Positions 48,457 through 60,260 are shown, counted from the whole stretch's first letter. The stretch is 62,488 bases of DNA, filler included, from 14 parts of 14 records of this genome joined end to end with filler, not necessarily neighbours in it, one strand, 5' to 3'. Program-made: numbers and translations. Notes: generated by a model not told the origin, from the letters alone.

Positions 48457-49221
48457 ATGAAATTGAATATCCGCGCGCAAACTGCACAAAACCAGCACAA
48501 TAATTCTCCCATCGTTCTTGTCCACGGTCTGTTTGGCAGCCTCGACAACCTTGGCGTACTGGCTCGCGATCTGGTAAACGATCACAATATCATCCAGGTT
48601 GATATGCGTAACCACGGTCTTTCACCGAGAGATCCGGTAATGAATTACCCGGCGATGGCGCAGGATCTTGTTGATACTCTGGATGCACAGCAGATCGACA
48701 AAGCAACATTTATCGGTCACTCCATGGGCGGTAAAGCGGTAATGGCACTTACTGCACTAGCCTCCGATCGCATCGATAAACTGGTGGCGATCGATATCGC
48801 GCCGGTCGACTATCACGTACGCCGTCATGATGAGATTTTTGCGGCTATCAACGCGGTCAGTGAATCGGACGCACAAACTCGCCAGCAAGCAGCAGCAATA
48901 ATGCGCCAGCATCTTAATGAAGAAGGGGTGATTCAGTTTCTGCTGAAATCTTTTGTTGACGGGGAGTGGCGCTTTAACGTGCCGGTATTGTGGGATCAGT
49001 ATCCGCATATTGTAGGTTGGGAGAAAATCCCGGCATGGGATCACCCTGCCCTGTTTATCCCTGGCGGCAATTCTCCGTATGTTAGCGAGCAGTACCGTGA
49101 TGATTTACTGGCTCAATTTCCACAGGCACGGGCGCATGTGATTGCAGGCGCGGGTCACTGGGTCCATGCTGAAAAACCGGATGCGGTATTACGCGCTATC
49201 CGTCGCTATCTCAATGATTAA
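48457..49221 (+). CDS. ybfF: Alpha/beta hydrolase esterase
   Basis: HGLFGS, GHSMGG, GHWVHAE. Confidence 0.95.
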   Translation: MKLNIRAQTAQNQHNNSPIVLVHGLFGSLDNLGVLARDLVNDHNIIQVDMRNHGLSPRDPVMNYPAMAQDLVDTLDAQQIDKATFIGHSMGGKAVMALTALASDRIDKLVAIDIAPVDYHVRRHDEIFAAINAVSESDAQTRQQAAAIMRQHLNEEGVIQFLLKSFVDGEWRFNVPVLWDQYPHIVGWEKIPAWDHPALFIPGGNSPYVSEQYRDDLLAQFPQARAHVIAGAGHWVHAEKPDAVLRAIRRYLND

Positions 49222-49360
49222 CGCAACTGATTAAAAACCCAGCGTCCGCGTCGCTTTCCGCGCGTGGGCGTTGGCGTGACTCATCGCGCTGATGTATTAT
49301 GGCGCGCTATCCATCCGGGCAGAGGCCTGGCTGATTGTTTCCCCCGAAGTCACCAAGATC

Positions 49361-49654
49361 ATGGCCAAAGAACAAACGGACCGTACGACATTAGATCTGT
49401 TCGCGCACGAGCGTCGACCGGGACGACCGAAAACTAATCCGCTTTCGCGCGATGAACAGCTGCGTATTAATAAACGCAACCAGCTAAAACGCGACAAAGT
49501 ACGTGGCCTTAAGCGTGTCGAACTGAAGCTGAACGCGGAAGCTGTCGAGGCGCTGAACGAGCTGGCGGAGTCGCGCAATATGAGCCGTAGCGAACTGATC
49601 GAAGAGATGTTAATGCAGCAACTGGCGGCGCTGCGTAGTCAGGGCATCGTTTAA
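49361..49654 (+). CDS. ybfE: Ribbon-helix-helix protein YbfE
   Basis: [14 protein letters not shown]...RPGRPKT...SRSELIE. Confidence 0.9.
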   Translation: MAKEQTDRTTLDLFAHERRPGRPKTNPLSRDEQLRINKRNQLKRDKVRGLKRVELKLNAEAVEALNELAESRNMSRSELIEEMLMQQLAALRSQGIV

Positions 49655-49793
49655 ATTTCCACTTTCATGTAGCACAGTGTGCAGTCCTGCTCGTTTGCTG
49701 ATTCCGCAAGACTGCCTGTTCTGCTATGATTGCCTTTATCCGTGGGCAATTTTCCACCCCCATTTCAATAAGTTTCAAGAGGTTATTTCACTC

Positions 49794-50324
49794 ATGGCTA
49801 TCACTGGCATCTTTTTCGGCAGCGACACCGGTAATACCGAAAATATCGCAAAAATGATTCAAAAACAGCTTGGTAAAGACGTTGCCGATGTCCATGACAT
49901 TGCAAAAAGCAGCAAAGAAGATCTGGAAGCTTATGACATTCTGCTGCTGGGCATCCCAACCTGGTATTACGGCGAAGCGCAGTGTGACTGGGATGACTTC
50001 TTCCCGACTCTCGAAGAGATTGATTTCAACGGCAAACTGGTTGCGCTGTTTGGTTGTGGTGACCAGGAAGATTACGCCGAATATTTCTGCGACGCATTGG
50101 GCACCATCCGCGACATCATTGAACCGCGCGGTGCAACCATCGTTGGTCACTGGCCAACTGCGGGCTATCATTTCGAAGCATCAAAAGGTCTGGCAGATGA
50201 CGACCACTTTGTCGGTCTGGCTATCGACGAAGACCGTCAGCCGGAACTGACCGCTGAACGTGTAGAAAAATGGGTTAAACAGATTTCTGAAGAGTTGCAT
50301 CTCGACGAAATTCTCAATGCCTGA
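49794..50324 (+). CDS. fldA: Flavodoxin 1
   Basis: [23 protein letters not shown]. Confidence 0.98.
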
Positions 50325-50529
50325 TGTGATGCGGCGTAGACTCATGTCTACGCCGTATTAATAGATAATGCCAATCAAAATAATTGCTACAAATTTGTAA
50401 CTTTTGCTGTTGTACCTGTACAATGTCCCGGTGTTCAAGTGGCCTTGCCGTTGTAAATGTAAGCTGTGCCACGTTTTTATTAACAATATTTGCCAGGGAC
50501 TTGTGGTTTTCATTTAGGCGTGGCAATTC

Positions 50530-50548
50530 TATAATGATACGCATTATC
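50530..50548. promoter_or_regulatory. Fur box at the fur promoter
   Basis: TATAATGATACGCATTATC resembles GATAATGATAATCATTATC. Confidence 0.75.
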
Positions 50549-50620
50549 TCAAGAGCAAATTCTGTCACTTCTTCTAATGAAGTGAACCGCTTAGTAACAG
50601 GACAGATTCCGCATGACTGA
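50534..50620 (+). CDS. uof: fur leader peptide (28 aa)
   Basis: MIRIISRANSVTSSNEVNRLVTGQIPHD*, overlapping the fur start. Confidence 0.85.
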   Translation: MIRIISRANSVTSSNEVNRLVTGQIPHD

Positions 50621-51059
50621 TAACAATACCGCCCTAAAGAAAGCTGGCCTGAAAGTAACGCTTCCTCGTTTAAAAATCCTGGAAGTTCTTCAGGAGCCGG
50701 ACAACCATCACGTCAGTGCGGAAGATTTATACAAACGTCTGATCGATATGGGTGAAGAAATTGGTCTGGCTACGGTATATCGCGTACTGAACCAGTTTGA
50801 CGACGCTGGTATCGTCACCCGCCACAATTTTGAAGGCGGTAAATCCGTATTTGAACTGACACAGCAACATCACCACGATCACCTGATCTGCCTCGACTGC
50901 GGCAAGGTTATCGAATTTAGTGATGATTCCATCGAAGCGCGTCAGCGTGAAATTGCCGCAAAACATGGCATTCGCCTGACTAACCACAGTCTCTATCTTT
51001 ACGGTCACTGTGCCGAAGGCGATTGCCGCGAAGATGAACATGCGCACGAAGGCAAATAA
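50613..51059 (+). CDS. fur: Ferric uptake regulator
   Basis: GLATVYRVL, HHHDHLICLDCG. Confidence 0.99.
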   Translation: MTDNNTALKKAGLKVTLPRLKILEVLQEPDNHHVSAEDLYKRLIDMGEEIGLATVYRVLNQFDDAGIVTRHNFEGGKSVFELTQQHHHDHLICLDCGKVIEFSDDSIEARQREIAAKHGIRLTNHSLYLYGHCAEGDCREDEHAHEGK

Positions 51060-51077
51060 GCCAGCCTGAACGAGAAA

Positions 51078-51103
51078 AGCCAACCTGCGGGTTGGCTTTT
51101 TTA
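51078..51103. terminator. Terminator between fur and chiQ
   Basis: AGCCAACC-tgcg-GGTTGGCTTTTTT. Confidence 0.85.
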
Positions 51104-51142
51104 TGCAAGGGAAATAAGAAAAGCGAGAGTTACAGCTCTCAC

Positions 51143-51469
51143 TTATTTGTTATTACTGCGTATTTCCTGCCAGACTTTATCACAATCGGCTTTCACCGCC
51201 TGATCATTTCCGGTTTGCGTTGCACGCAGACACTGCTGATAATCCAGTACGCGTACACTTTCCTGGTCGGCAAACTGCTGATGTTGTTTCTCTTTCTTCA
51301 GCACGTTTAACACGCTCTGGCAGGCTTCAATTTTTTCTGGCGAACCTTGTGCGGTGTTGATACAGGCGCTGTATGCCTCTTTCAGACGACTGTCTTCCTG
51401 TGGCGCGGTTGATTGCGCACAAGCTACCAGCCCCGATGCCATTATGGCGATGAGAATCAGTTTTTTCAT
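51143..51469 (-). CDS. chiQ: Lipoprotein ChiQ (YbfN)
   Basis: Lipobox LVAC; 108 aa; downstream of chiP. Confidence 0.92.
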   Translation of the reverse strand: MKKLILIAIMASGLVACAQSTAPQEDSRLKEAYSACINTAQGSPEKIEACQSVLNVLKKEKQHQQFADQESVRVLDYQQCLRATQTGNDQAVKADCDKVWQEIRSNNK

Positions 51470-51518
51470 AGCAAATTCCTCAAACGTGCGGCAGGCACAA
51501 AACCTGCCGCGTCGGGCA

Positions 51519-52925
51519 TCAGAAGATGGTGAATGGTGCGATTACCATAAATTTCACGTCACGCTCATCCTGGAAGATGTTGCCGTAACCACCGCCCCAG
51601 CTTGGGATGTCGGAGTGGTTGTCGTATTCGGTGAAATGCAGTTTGAACATCGTGCCTTTGGCGCGACCGTCCTGAATGGTATAGACCGCATCCAGGCTGT
51701 AGGCAGACTCTTCAATAGTCCGGTTTTTGTCGTAGTACGCATCCGGATTGCTCTGCCAGGTCGCAGGTTTAGCATCCCATGCGTAAACGTAGGAAGCGCC
51801 GATGGCGAAGCCTGGAAGATTCCAGTTTTTCAGGTCATACATCGCACCGAAGAAGACCGCTTTTTCGCCGTTGGCGTTGAAGTCAGAACGGTTATCCCAC
51901 CAGATATCCAGGCGACCGTTTGAGGAAGCGTAGGTTGGAGTCATACGTTGCAGGAAGTATCCCTGCTGACCGTCAGCCTTAACCCAGGTGCCTTCGAGGC
52001 GCAAATCCACTACGTCAGCCGCCCGGTAACCAAAGGTCAACGCTTGCAGCCAGGCGGTGCCGTCATAAAGGTCGTTGACGCTGCGATCGTCAACTTTATC
52101 TCGGGTACCGTAGAACTGGTAGCTGGTGGTTAACGGGCTACCGGCGATATCAAATTTGTAGCTGGCTTTGGCAAAATATTGATCGATATACCCTTCCGCC
52201 TGACCAAATGCCGCTTCCAGTACGAAGTTATTTTTGAAGTCGTATTTCGCCCCAAAGGAGTGCAGATAATCAACTTTGGTGGTTTTATCGTTCTGATAAA
52301 ACTCATCCATTTCCAGATGCCACGGCGCTTTGTATTCGTTGGTCCACATGTAGGAGAAACTCAACGCACCAGCATCGCCGTAATCAAAATTCGCCCCGGC
52401 TTCCGCCCCCTGATAAGTACCTGGCATAAAGCTCCAGTGCGGCGCTAACAGCGTTTGACCAGTTGGCTGAATGTAACCTGCCCTCGCCCAAACCGGACCG
52501 TATTTAAATTTGGCCGCAGCTTTATACAGGCTTATACCGCTTTTGTCGCCGGACCAGTCTTCGTCATAGGCTTTATTACTTTTTGAAAACGCGATTTCGT
52601 TCGGGTGGGAGCTGTCGCCGTTTTCCGCCATTTCAATCGCCGTAAACGCAGCAATATCAAGGCCGAACATATCAGCAGCATAACCGGACTGAAAATCGAG
52701 GTTGGCATTCCAGGTGGAGTGAGAAAGGTTGGTTTTGTATTTGTCGCCGTCGGTAACATCTTTACGGTCGCGTTCACGCTGCCAGTAATAGATACCGCCG
52801 GTTAAGGTTGAATCGTCGATGAATCCTTCGGCGCGAGCCTCCGGCATTGCCATAAAGCCCGACATTGCTGTAACACCGGCGATAGCCAGCGCCAGCGTAC
52901 TACGTTTGCCACTAAACGTACGCAT
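51519..52925 (-). CDS. chiP: Chitoporin (OprD family, YbfM)
   Basis: 468 aa; signal peptide, GFIDDSTL, C-terminal Phe. Confidence 0.95.
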   Translation of the reverse strand: MRTFSGKRSTLALAIAGVTAMSGFMAMPEARAEGFIDDSTLTGGIYYWQRERDRKDVTDGDKYKTNLSHSTWNANLDFQSGYAADMFGLDIAAFTAIEMAENGDSSHPNEIAFSKSNKAYDEDWSGDKSGISLYKAAAKFKYGPVWARAGYIQPTGQTLLAPHWSFMPGTYQGAEAGANFDYGDAGALSFSYMWTNEYKAPWHLEMDEFYQNDKTTKVDYLHSFGAKYDFKNNFVLEAAFGQAEGYIDQYFAKASYKFDIAGSPLTTSYQFYGTRDKVDDRSVNDLYDGTAWLQALTFGYRAADVVDLRLEGTWVKADGQQGYFLQRMTPTYASSNGRLDIWWDNRSDFNANGEKAVFFGAMYDLKNWNLPGFAIGASYVYAWDAKPATWQSNPDAYYDKNRTIEESAYSLDAVYTIQDGRAKGTMFKLHFTEYDNHSDIPSWGGGYGNIFQDERDVKFMVIAPFTIF

Positions 52926-53033
52926 GGGTTAATCCTCTTTGACGTATAAATTGCTGCACCAAAGGTGAACAGCGAAAAAATAAAAATTAAAAAAGTAGCG
53001 TTGAGAAAAGTCTCGCTGACTACAGGAACAGAC

Positions 53034-53056
53034 TATTTTTCGCGACGCGAATTATC
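53034..53056. promoter_or_regulatory. Probable NagC operator upstream of chiP
   Basis: TATTTTTCGCGACGCGAATTATC quasi-palindrome with a CGC..GCG core. Confidence 0.55.
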
Positions 53057-53324
53057 AATCTCTTTCTGTAACCAGAATGTAAGAACATGAGCAACCGCAC
53101 ATATTTTGATGATTTTTGTTACAAGGCTTAAGTTTGCGGTTGAAAGGCTTGCAGAAGAATAAAAGCGTGAAATTCCAGCAAGATGAAAGCGGTTACATTT
53201 TATTTAATTATGTTTTGTTATTTTAAATTTATTTTATGGATAAATTGCGAAGCGGAATTAATTCGCGAAGAAAAGCAGAAAAAACGCCGCTGAACGCGGC
53301 GTTTTGGATTGTTTGCTGTTTCTT

Positions 53325-53349
53325 GCCGGATGCGGCGTGAACGCCTTAT
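53325..53349. repeat. REP at contig end
   Basis: GCCGGATGCGGCGTGAACGCCTTAT. Confidence 0.9.
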
Positions 53350-53449
53350 NNNNNNNNNNNNNNNNNNNNNNNNNNNNNNNNNNNNNNNNNNNNTTAATTA
53401 ATTAANNNNNNNNNNNNNNNNNNNNNNNNNNNNNNNNNNNNNNNNNNNN

Positions 53450-53715
53450 ATAGCGGCGGTGTGGTTTGTACAACTAAGGGTGAGTGTGTACATGTGTGTT
53501 CTAAAGGTGTCTCATGTGTAGCAGCGTCCTGGCTGCGGTTAACTGTAGAAATGATGATAAATTAAGAGTGCAGGTTCCTGGGGGATCTCTCGCAGTTTGT
53601 ACTATCACACTCCGTGGACTCACTACAAAGACTTCCACCATTGCCACGCACCCTTACCACCATCAGGCACAAACAGAAGTCAGTACGGCACACGCAGACG
53701 CCAACCTGTACAGAC
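53450..53715. repeat. Diverged direct repeat, copy A
   Basis: Aligns by eye to 54854-55160; 23 substitutions and 2 indels over the first ~105 columns, with further homologous blocks downstream. Confidence 0.8.
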
Positions 53716-54853
53716 AGGAAACAGAGATGAGCGTTGGGTCGCTGGGATGATGTGTCCTTGTGCCTGTGTCTGTGTGTTTGTCTGTTCGTGCGTGTGTGAT
53801 ACGCTGTGTAGGGTTGAGTACACGAGTATTTAACCAGTGTTAACAATGTTGACCGGTTTGCGCTTGTCCGTTAATAATGCATATGCCATGTCATATGCGT
53901 GATCCGACGATAATAAATGTGCAATGTCATACGAGTGACAAACTTTATCATATCACGCCCTCCTTAGATAGCGTTGGTTTGGCTCAATAACTATCCGGTC
54001 AATCTCTTCGTTGCTACCGGGCCTGCGACATCGATTTTGCTGTGGCTTCTCGCTGGCTGCCCGCCGGTGGTCCTATAGAGGTGGATCCTGTTTCTTACCC
54101 GGACTCTGTTGTTGTCAGCACCCTTGTCAAGTCATGCGATGTTCCACATGATGTATCGTACATGCAGTCCAATCTTCATCACGGCCAGAACATCGCAAAA
54201 GTAGGGACATAAGCGCGCAACTGCTCGGCAGCCATCAGCATCACCTCTTGGTGCTCCTTGATCACGTCCTGTTCCTCTTGATACTGCGTCTCGGCCTGTG
54301 TCTTGGACGTCATCTAAACGTAGTGTGCATTATATGGTAGACAGCTTGGGCCCAACGGTGTCATTGGGATCATCTCCTTGCTGCGTGGAAGTAAAAGTCC
54401 AGCAAAGACTTGCCCCCGGATTCAGAGTGGTGTCGTTGTCGAACTTGGACAACAGGTGGGATAACTTGCAGGCCTTCTTTCGGTAGGCCGTTCTGGGAAT
54501 CTACGTATATCCGACCCGTCAGCAAGATAGAACAACGTTACATGAACGGCGTACCTGTACAACTGCCATCAAGCGGAAACGAGGGAAGGAAAGGTAAATG
54601 TCCATTGTCCGCGCAATGAGAACCATGGAATGCGGTCGCACACACGGAGAAGTAAAACGAAAAAAATTCAACTCATAAACACAACACGAAGACACGAAGA
54701 CGCACGGTCATACCCAATCGAAGGCGTCCGCCTAAATATGTATCTTTCTTATAGTTGCGCTCGAGGGAAGAGAGAGATGGTCCGCTATGCGTAATTCTAT
54801 CTAAAGTTACAGTAAAGTATCATATCGAAGAACTTGCGAAAGATGTTATTTGA

Positions 54854-55160
54854 ACAGCGGCGGCGGTGTTTGTATATCTAAGAGTCAGTAGTGTGTATAT
54901 GTGTGTCGCAATGGTGTCCCATGCGCAGCAGCGTCTGTCTGCGGAAAACCGCAGAATTAAAACCCATGATTTACGGTTCATGAAGAAGAAATTAGAATCA
55001 CTCGCAATATCTATACGATCATACCAACATTACTAACTGGACCTACTACAGAGACACTCACCATCGGAACAAACCGTTACCCGCATCCGACACATTAGAT
55101 TCCACCTGTGGCCTGTTTCCAACATCCACTACGGCACAATACATACATACTCACACACAG
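54854..55160. repeat. Diverged direct repeat, copy B
   Basis: For example TGGACCTACTACAGAGACACTCACCATCGG versus copy A TGGACTCACTACAAAGACTTCCACCATTGC. Confidence 0.8.
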
Positions 55161-55998
55161 ACTCTCTCTCCTATTGATGACAACTCAACTCGCCAACGGT
55201 ACGCCACACACATGAAACACGCCATGAGAAGCAACACTTGGGCCCCCAAAACCGACAACCCTTCGCTGAGTATATATTTCTTCTCCGTAAACCACCACGA
55301 CGCAGCGGCTCACATTACGTGGACTGGAAGGAGCGAATGACGCGTACAAGCTCGCGGTTGGATCGGTCACTCTGCGCACAGGCGAACCAGAGATTAAAAC
55401 AAGATTCGCAAAAGATATGGATGACAGCAAAAGGCACCACATTCCCCCCCCCCCTCACACACACACAGACACACACACACACANNNNNNNNNNNNNNNNN
55501 NNNNNNNNNNNNNNNNNNNNNNNNNNNTTAATTAATTAANNNNNNNNNNNNNNNNNNNNNNNNNNNNNNNNNNNNNNNNNNNNAGGAATCTAGAGTTTCT
55601 GCGGGCACCCTCATTCCACCAGTTGCCTTACAATCGTGTCATTGCCGTACGGACCAGAGCGGGACTCTGGAAAGGGGATAATAAATAGTGACCTGATGTC
55701 AAATTAGGGTTTAATGTTGTACATGCCAGTGAGTGGACAGGGCAGTGTTGCACTGGAGAAGCCCGCATAGTTTGGCATATTCTTCTGCATGGGATTGTCT
55801 ATTTCTGGTGTCAAAACAATTAGGCTAGGAAGTGGCGGCTGCGGCATGCGAAGGCGGTTAAGCGGGAGCCCAATGCTCATACGTGTGATGCATCAAAGAA
55901 CACCAGGGACAAACTCGCTGATGATCCCTAGAACCACGCTCACCTTTATCTGCCACATACTTCCCTGCGGAGACGATGTACGCGAGGACCACTAGGTC

Positions 55999-57620
55999 TC
56001 ACACATCGGCTGCCTCCCCCAGGTCACGGGCAACCATCTTCGCCGCGATGTTGTGGTACGTGCGGCGATGTTGGCGGAACGTGTGCACGGCGGTCGGCTT
56101 GTCGACTTTGGCTAGCTCTCTACACGCGGAGAAACGGGATTCCCACGCGGCCACATAGATAAGAAAGGGCGAACCTACTTGGCACGACCACGCACCGGTA
56201 GAGCGGGCGCAAGAACTTCATACGGCCTTGCTCGCTGACGAACGCCACCAGGTGCGGGACAATCACATCGTAGCCCACACGCAGTGCTAGAGTCTGCCAG
56301 CGCAACCGTATTTCTGCGTTGCGGTTCTCCGTCAGCGCATATGCGAGATCCATCTTGCGGACGTTATCGAGCGACGGCAGCGGGCCTTTGACCAGCTCAT
56401 CCAGGAAGGCCACTGACAGCGTGTATGAGTCACACATCGCGACAATGAACGTGCACACATACGCTTCTGCAGCGTCTGCCAGCCTTCGAAATCCTTCGCC
56501 GAACCAGTGGCGTCAGGAAGGCGCCACCTGTGAAAAGACTCATAAGAAAGCCGAACGGACGCAGAGTTTGCAGCAGACAACGTGATACAAGGGCAGCCAC
56601 GGCGGTGCGCCGTGCCGTGGAATCGAAGACACAGTGGACCACAGTACCGTGCGGCGAGATCCAATGCGGCACGCAGCAGAGACTCGTCCAGGTGAGGGTG
56701 ATAGTCGGGCATGCCGGGCACATGCATCCATTTCTGCGCAAGGCAGAGCGTTAGTGCGACATTATCGGTGCTCCAAGCACAACGGGCGGTTGCTGGACAC
56801 GCAGATGCACTGTACCTTCCAGTCCACGGACTTCACAGCCTCCACATCCGCGAAAAACTCAGTAAAGAACGCGCGAAAATCATCGCTGGAGACAGTCATC
56901 GTTGCGAACTGCGTGAAATACACCAGGTCAGGTAACCATGAGCACCGCAACATGGGGTGCGAGCGCAGGTACAGGGGGTTCAGACGAAGCGACGCACCTT
57001 GGTGAAGTACGCATGCATGAACTTCTCCATCGGACCGGCGCCGCCGACCACGGTCTGGAGATAATGCAGAAAGAAGAAGCCCTTCTCGTACGGGACCGAG
57101 CTGAACGCATCGTCGGGATCCTGGTCCTTCAGCCTGGGCGGTTGTGAGTGTGAGCGGCCGAAAAGGGAACCGATTCACCACCACGACCACGGTGAGCATT
57201 GCAGCGAATGACAAAGATCATGCATTGCGATCGAAGGCGTCATGCATAAGGGTGATGCTGGAGCATAAATATCACGATGCCCATCGAGGTAACAGGACAC
57301 TTTCACTGCGAAACGGAAACAAGCAGTCGTTGCGACAGATCACAGTGCGTACACAGGCGTCAGCGCGGTGAAGATGTGGTCTTTGCCAACGCGCTCAACG
57401 TCCTCGGCCAGCCGCTACGGACACCAAACCACGTCAGACCTCGAAAGCGCAGCATGCGCACCTCCACTCACTGACAGCAACCGACGCACACAGACCTGCG
57501 CATGGACACCCACCACACGCAAAGAGACATACGTTCCAGCCCTCGTGCGTGGCTAAGTCAAAGACGCTGACCCGTACAGGCGGCCCAGAATCTTGCGCTC
57601 GATAAACACCGTCATGCCCT
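55999..57620 (-). CDS. LTA4H: Leukotriene A4 hydrolase / M1 aminopeptidase, 3' half, with one apparent frameshift
   Basis: Eight exons: EGMTVFIERKILGRLYG.., DPDDAFSSVPYEKGFFFLHYL, VDWKKWMHVPGMP, NAEIRLRWQ.L, QGRMKFLRPLYREL...YHNIAAKMVARDL...*. Confidence 0.9.
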
Positions 57621-57770
57621 CTGCACAAACATGCGAGTCAGCCCAGCGCCTGCGCACCGTGCCCAACGCCNNNNNNNNNNNNNNNNNNNNNNNNNNNNNN
57701 NNNNNNNNNNNNNNTTAATTAATTAANNNNNNNNNNNNNNNNNNNNNNNNNNNNNNNNNNNNNNNNNNNN

Positions 57771-59673
57771 AGGGATGACAAGTACGTGTTCACTTGTAGC
57801 GGCTGCAGCATCATGACCACAATTGTTACACAAGATACGGATGAGGTAACAACGATAAAACGATAATGTAAAAGGAGGAAGAAAGGAGAAAGGGCAGTTT
57901 TGGTATGACTGCTTGAGTGAAAGGAGATCTCAGATCTGTGAGTGGAGGTTTGATTGTAACCTTAATGAACACGAACAAAGGCATACAGAGTGAAAAGCTG
58001 CTAAGTTTTGCATCAACACTTGAAATAACAGTAACAACAAGAAGGTCGCGTACCGTAATCTTGGAAAATAGTTGCTGAGCAGCTGCAGTAGATACGCGGG
58101 TCGCTGATTTGTGAAACTTCTGCAAGTTGGCGTATACCAGAGGATCCACAGTCACTTTGTTCTGTCAAATATGACATCATCAGTCTCCACAATATACGTA
58201 CATGCACATATACACAACAATAGATACACGTACAAAGACAGATATATAACAAAAACCAAAACTCTGTCGCTTGTTCCCTTCGTGGTGTCAAGCTAGATAC
58301 AAATCCCTCATTCAAAAGAGCATGGGTGTTCGTTCACGAAAAAAGCGACTGCAATCAGACATACGGAACGCATAGCCGATCACAAAACAAGAACGGCCGT
58401 GACACCATCAAAGATACAGAGATAGAAAAGGAGGGAGAGAGCGGCGGAATCAATGCTGAAAGAAGACAGCAAAGACACCCACATGCACGAACACAGTCTC
58501 TTTGTCAAGCACAAATAGAGCGCACATGTCTTGTTATCACACTCAGTACAGATAGCCAATATCTACGTGCGAACACGTGTATGTCTGTCAAAAGCACTTC
58601 AAGTCGCTTTCACTTCCCATGTTTACGTTAATAGTATAGCGAGGATGCACCCATATACATACACATATTCATAGATTCATACCATATGTGACATAAGGTA
58701 AGCAACATGCACGATGACGATATTATTAACACGCCCTAACAAATCCACGTAGGTCATACACGAGTCGGGAAAAAAGGCATACAAGAACGAAATACATATA
58801 AGAAGGAACACAACACGTAACGAAGCACGTACCTGATAACGGATTGAGTCTTTACCGAGAAAGTCAAAATGCACAATGTTGGGATCCTCCAGCCGAACGT
58901 GTTCCGCCCTAATATCATTGTATACACAGACACAACACAGACACCATACAACGCATAATACACGCGTACAGGTGAGAGAAAGAAACAGAAACATACACAC
59001 TTACATATAATACATCATACACACGCACATGGAAACACTCCAACTCACAAATGGACACAAGCACAAGATAAAACATCCAGGTCTCACACACATACTTGCT
59101 CGCTACGCCACAACACACATATGTGCAACCCCCCCACGATACTACACAAAAGCGACACATCAACCGCTCAATCAGACAGCACACACACACAGACATACAC
59201 ACACCGTAACGAACAACATCCGACTGTGTCTGTCTCCTCGTCTCCCTTATCGTGCCCCGCCCTCAAAGACAACGCATCAATCAATGCCACACACGTGCCC
59301 TATACAGACAAAACAACACATAACCGGTATCAATGTCCCACAGCGCAACAGACAGACAACGCACGTATACACGTATACGTTAAATCAGAGGACGGGCATA
59401 TTTCGCGCAGGGTTGATAAAACCAGGTGGGACTGAGCTCACGGTCTGTGTGTGTATTGCGAGTGTCGGAGAGGACTGCCCACATGAATATTGGTACGTAG
59501 GGGCAAAAAAAGACATATGACCAGACGCACACACAGAAAAGAAGCCGCATGCATAAAACACATACGTGCGCGCGCACACACACACACACACATGCGCGCA
59601 CCAGCTGAGCACGGGCGATGGTGCGAGAAGCCATTTCCTTGCGATATTTGGCACGCACCACATCAAGCACCAA
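57771..59673 (-). CDS. TOP1: DNA topoisomerase IB, internal fragment, divergent
   Basis: Exons: LDVVRAKYRKEM..AQL | GTCVALIDALSLRAGHDKGDEETDTVGCCSLR | AEHV...VHFDFLGKDSIRYQ | NKVTVDPLVYANLQKF...LFSKIT | PLQVNTYLSSL. Confidence 0.92.
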
Positions 59674-59981
59674 CTACACACACACTCACAAAGTTGGGAT
59701 ATACGAGTAGAGAAGAAACAGAAAAAACAACGGCAGCGCATGCATAATGATATCGCAGGAACACACACACACAGTCACGTATTACACAGCCGTAGCGTCA
59801 CCACACACGCACACACAATTGTGCCGCGAGTACGAATCAANNNNNNNNNNNNNNNNNNNNNNNNNNNNNNNNNNNNNNNNNNNNTTAATTAATTAANNNN
59901 NNNNNNNNNNNNNNNNNNNNNNNNNNNNNNNNNNNNNNNNGTGCTTCCTGGCTCTCACCGACGTCACGTGCACTTCATTAG

Positions 59982-60260
59982 CATGTGCTGGCGTGCATAA
60001 GTGGGCTCCTCTCGGCTGCGTACGATGCGGCGGTGGACCCAAGTATAGTTGCGGTAGGGAATCAGTCGGTGATGATCCCGGATCCAGAGACTCTGATGTG
60101 TGAGTGAATGCGCGTGTGTTATATGTGTGTGTGTGGGCAGCGTGTGTGGGCAGCCAGCGATCGTCCGGATATTTCAGTGTTCCTGAGTCCTTCACATTCG
60201 TTAAGTCTCCTATCGATACAGCCTTTTTCGGTTCTTCTTCGTTCTGAGCCGGTTTATTGA
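59982..60260 (+). CDS. Possible last two exons of an unknown eukaryotic gene
   Basis: HVLACISGLLSAAYDAAVDP...ETLM, then a GTGAGT..TG-rich..CAG intron, then SSDRPDISVFL...PVY*; no recognised homolog. Confidence 0.3.

Noticed and set aside
55584..55998. Possible further minus-strand gene just after the LTA4H stop
   Set aside because: Splice-like signals are present, but I could not build a consistent frame or recognise a product.
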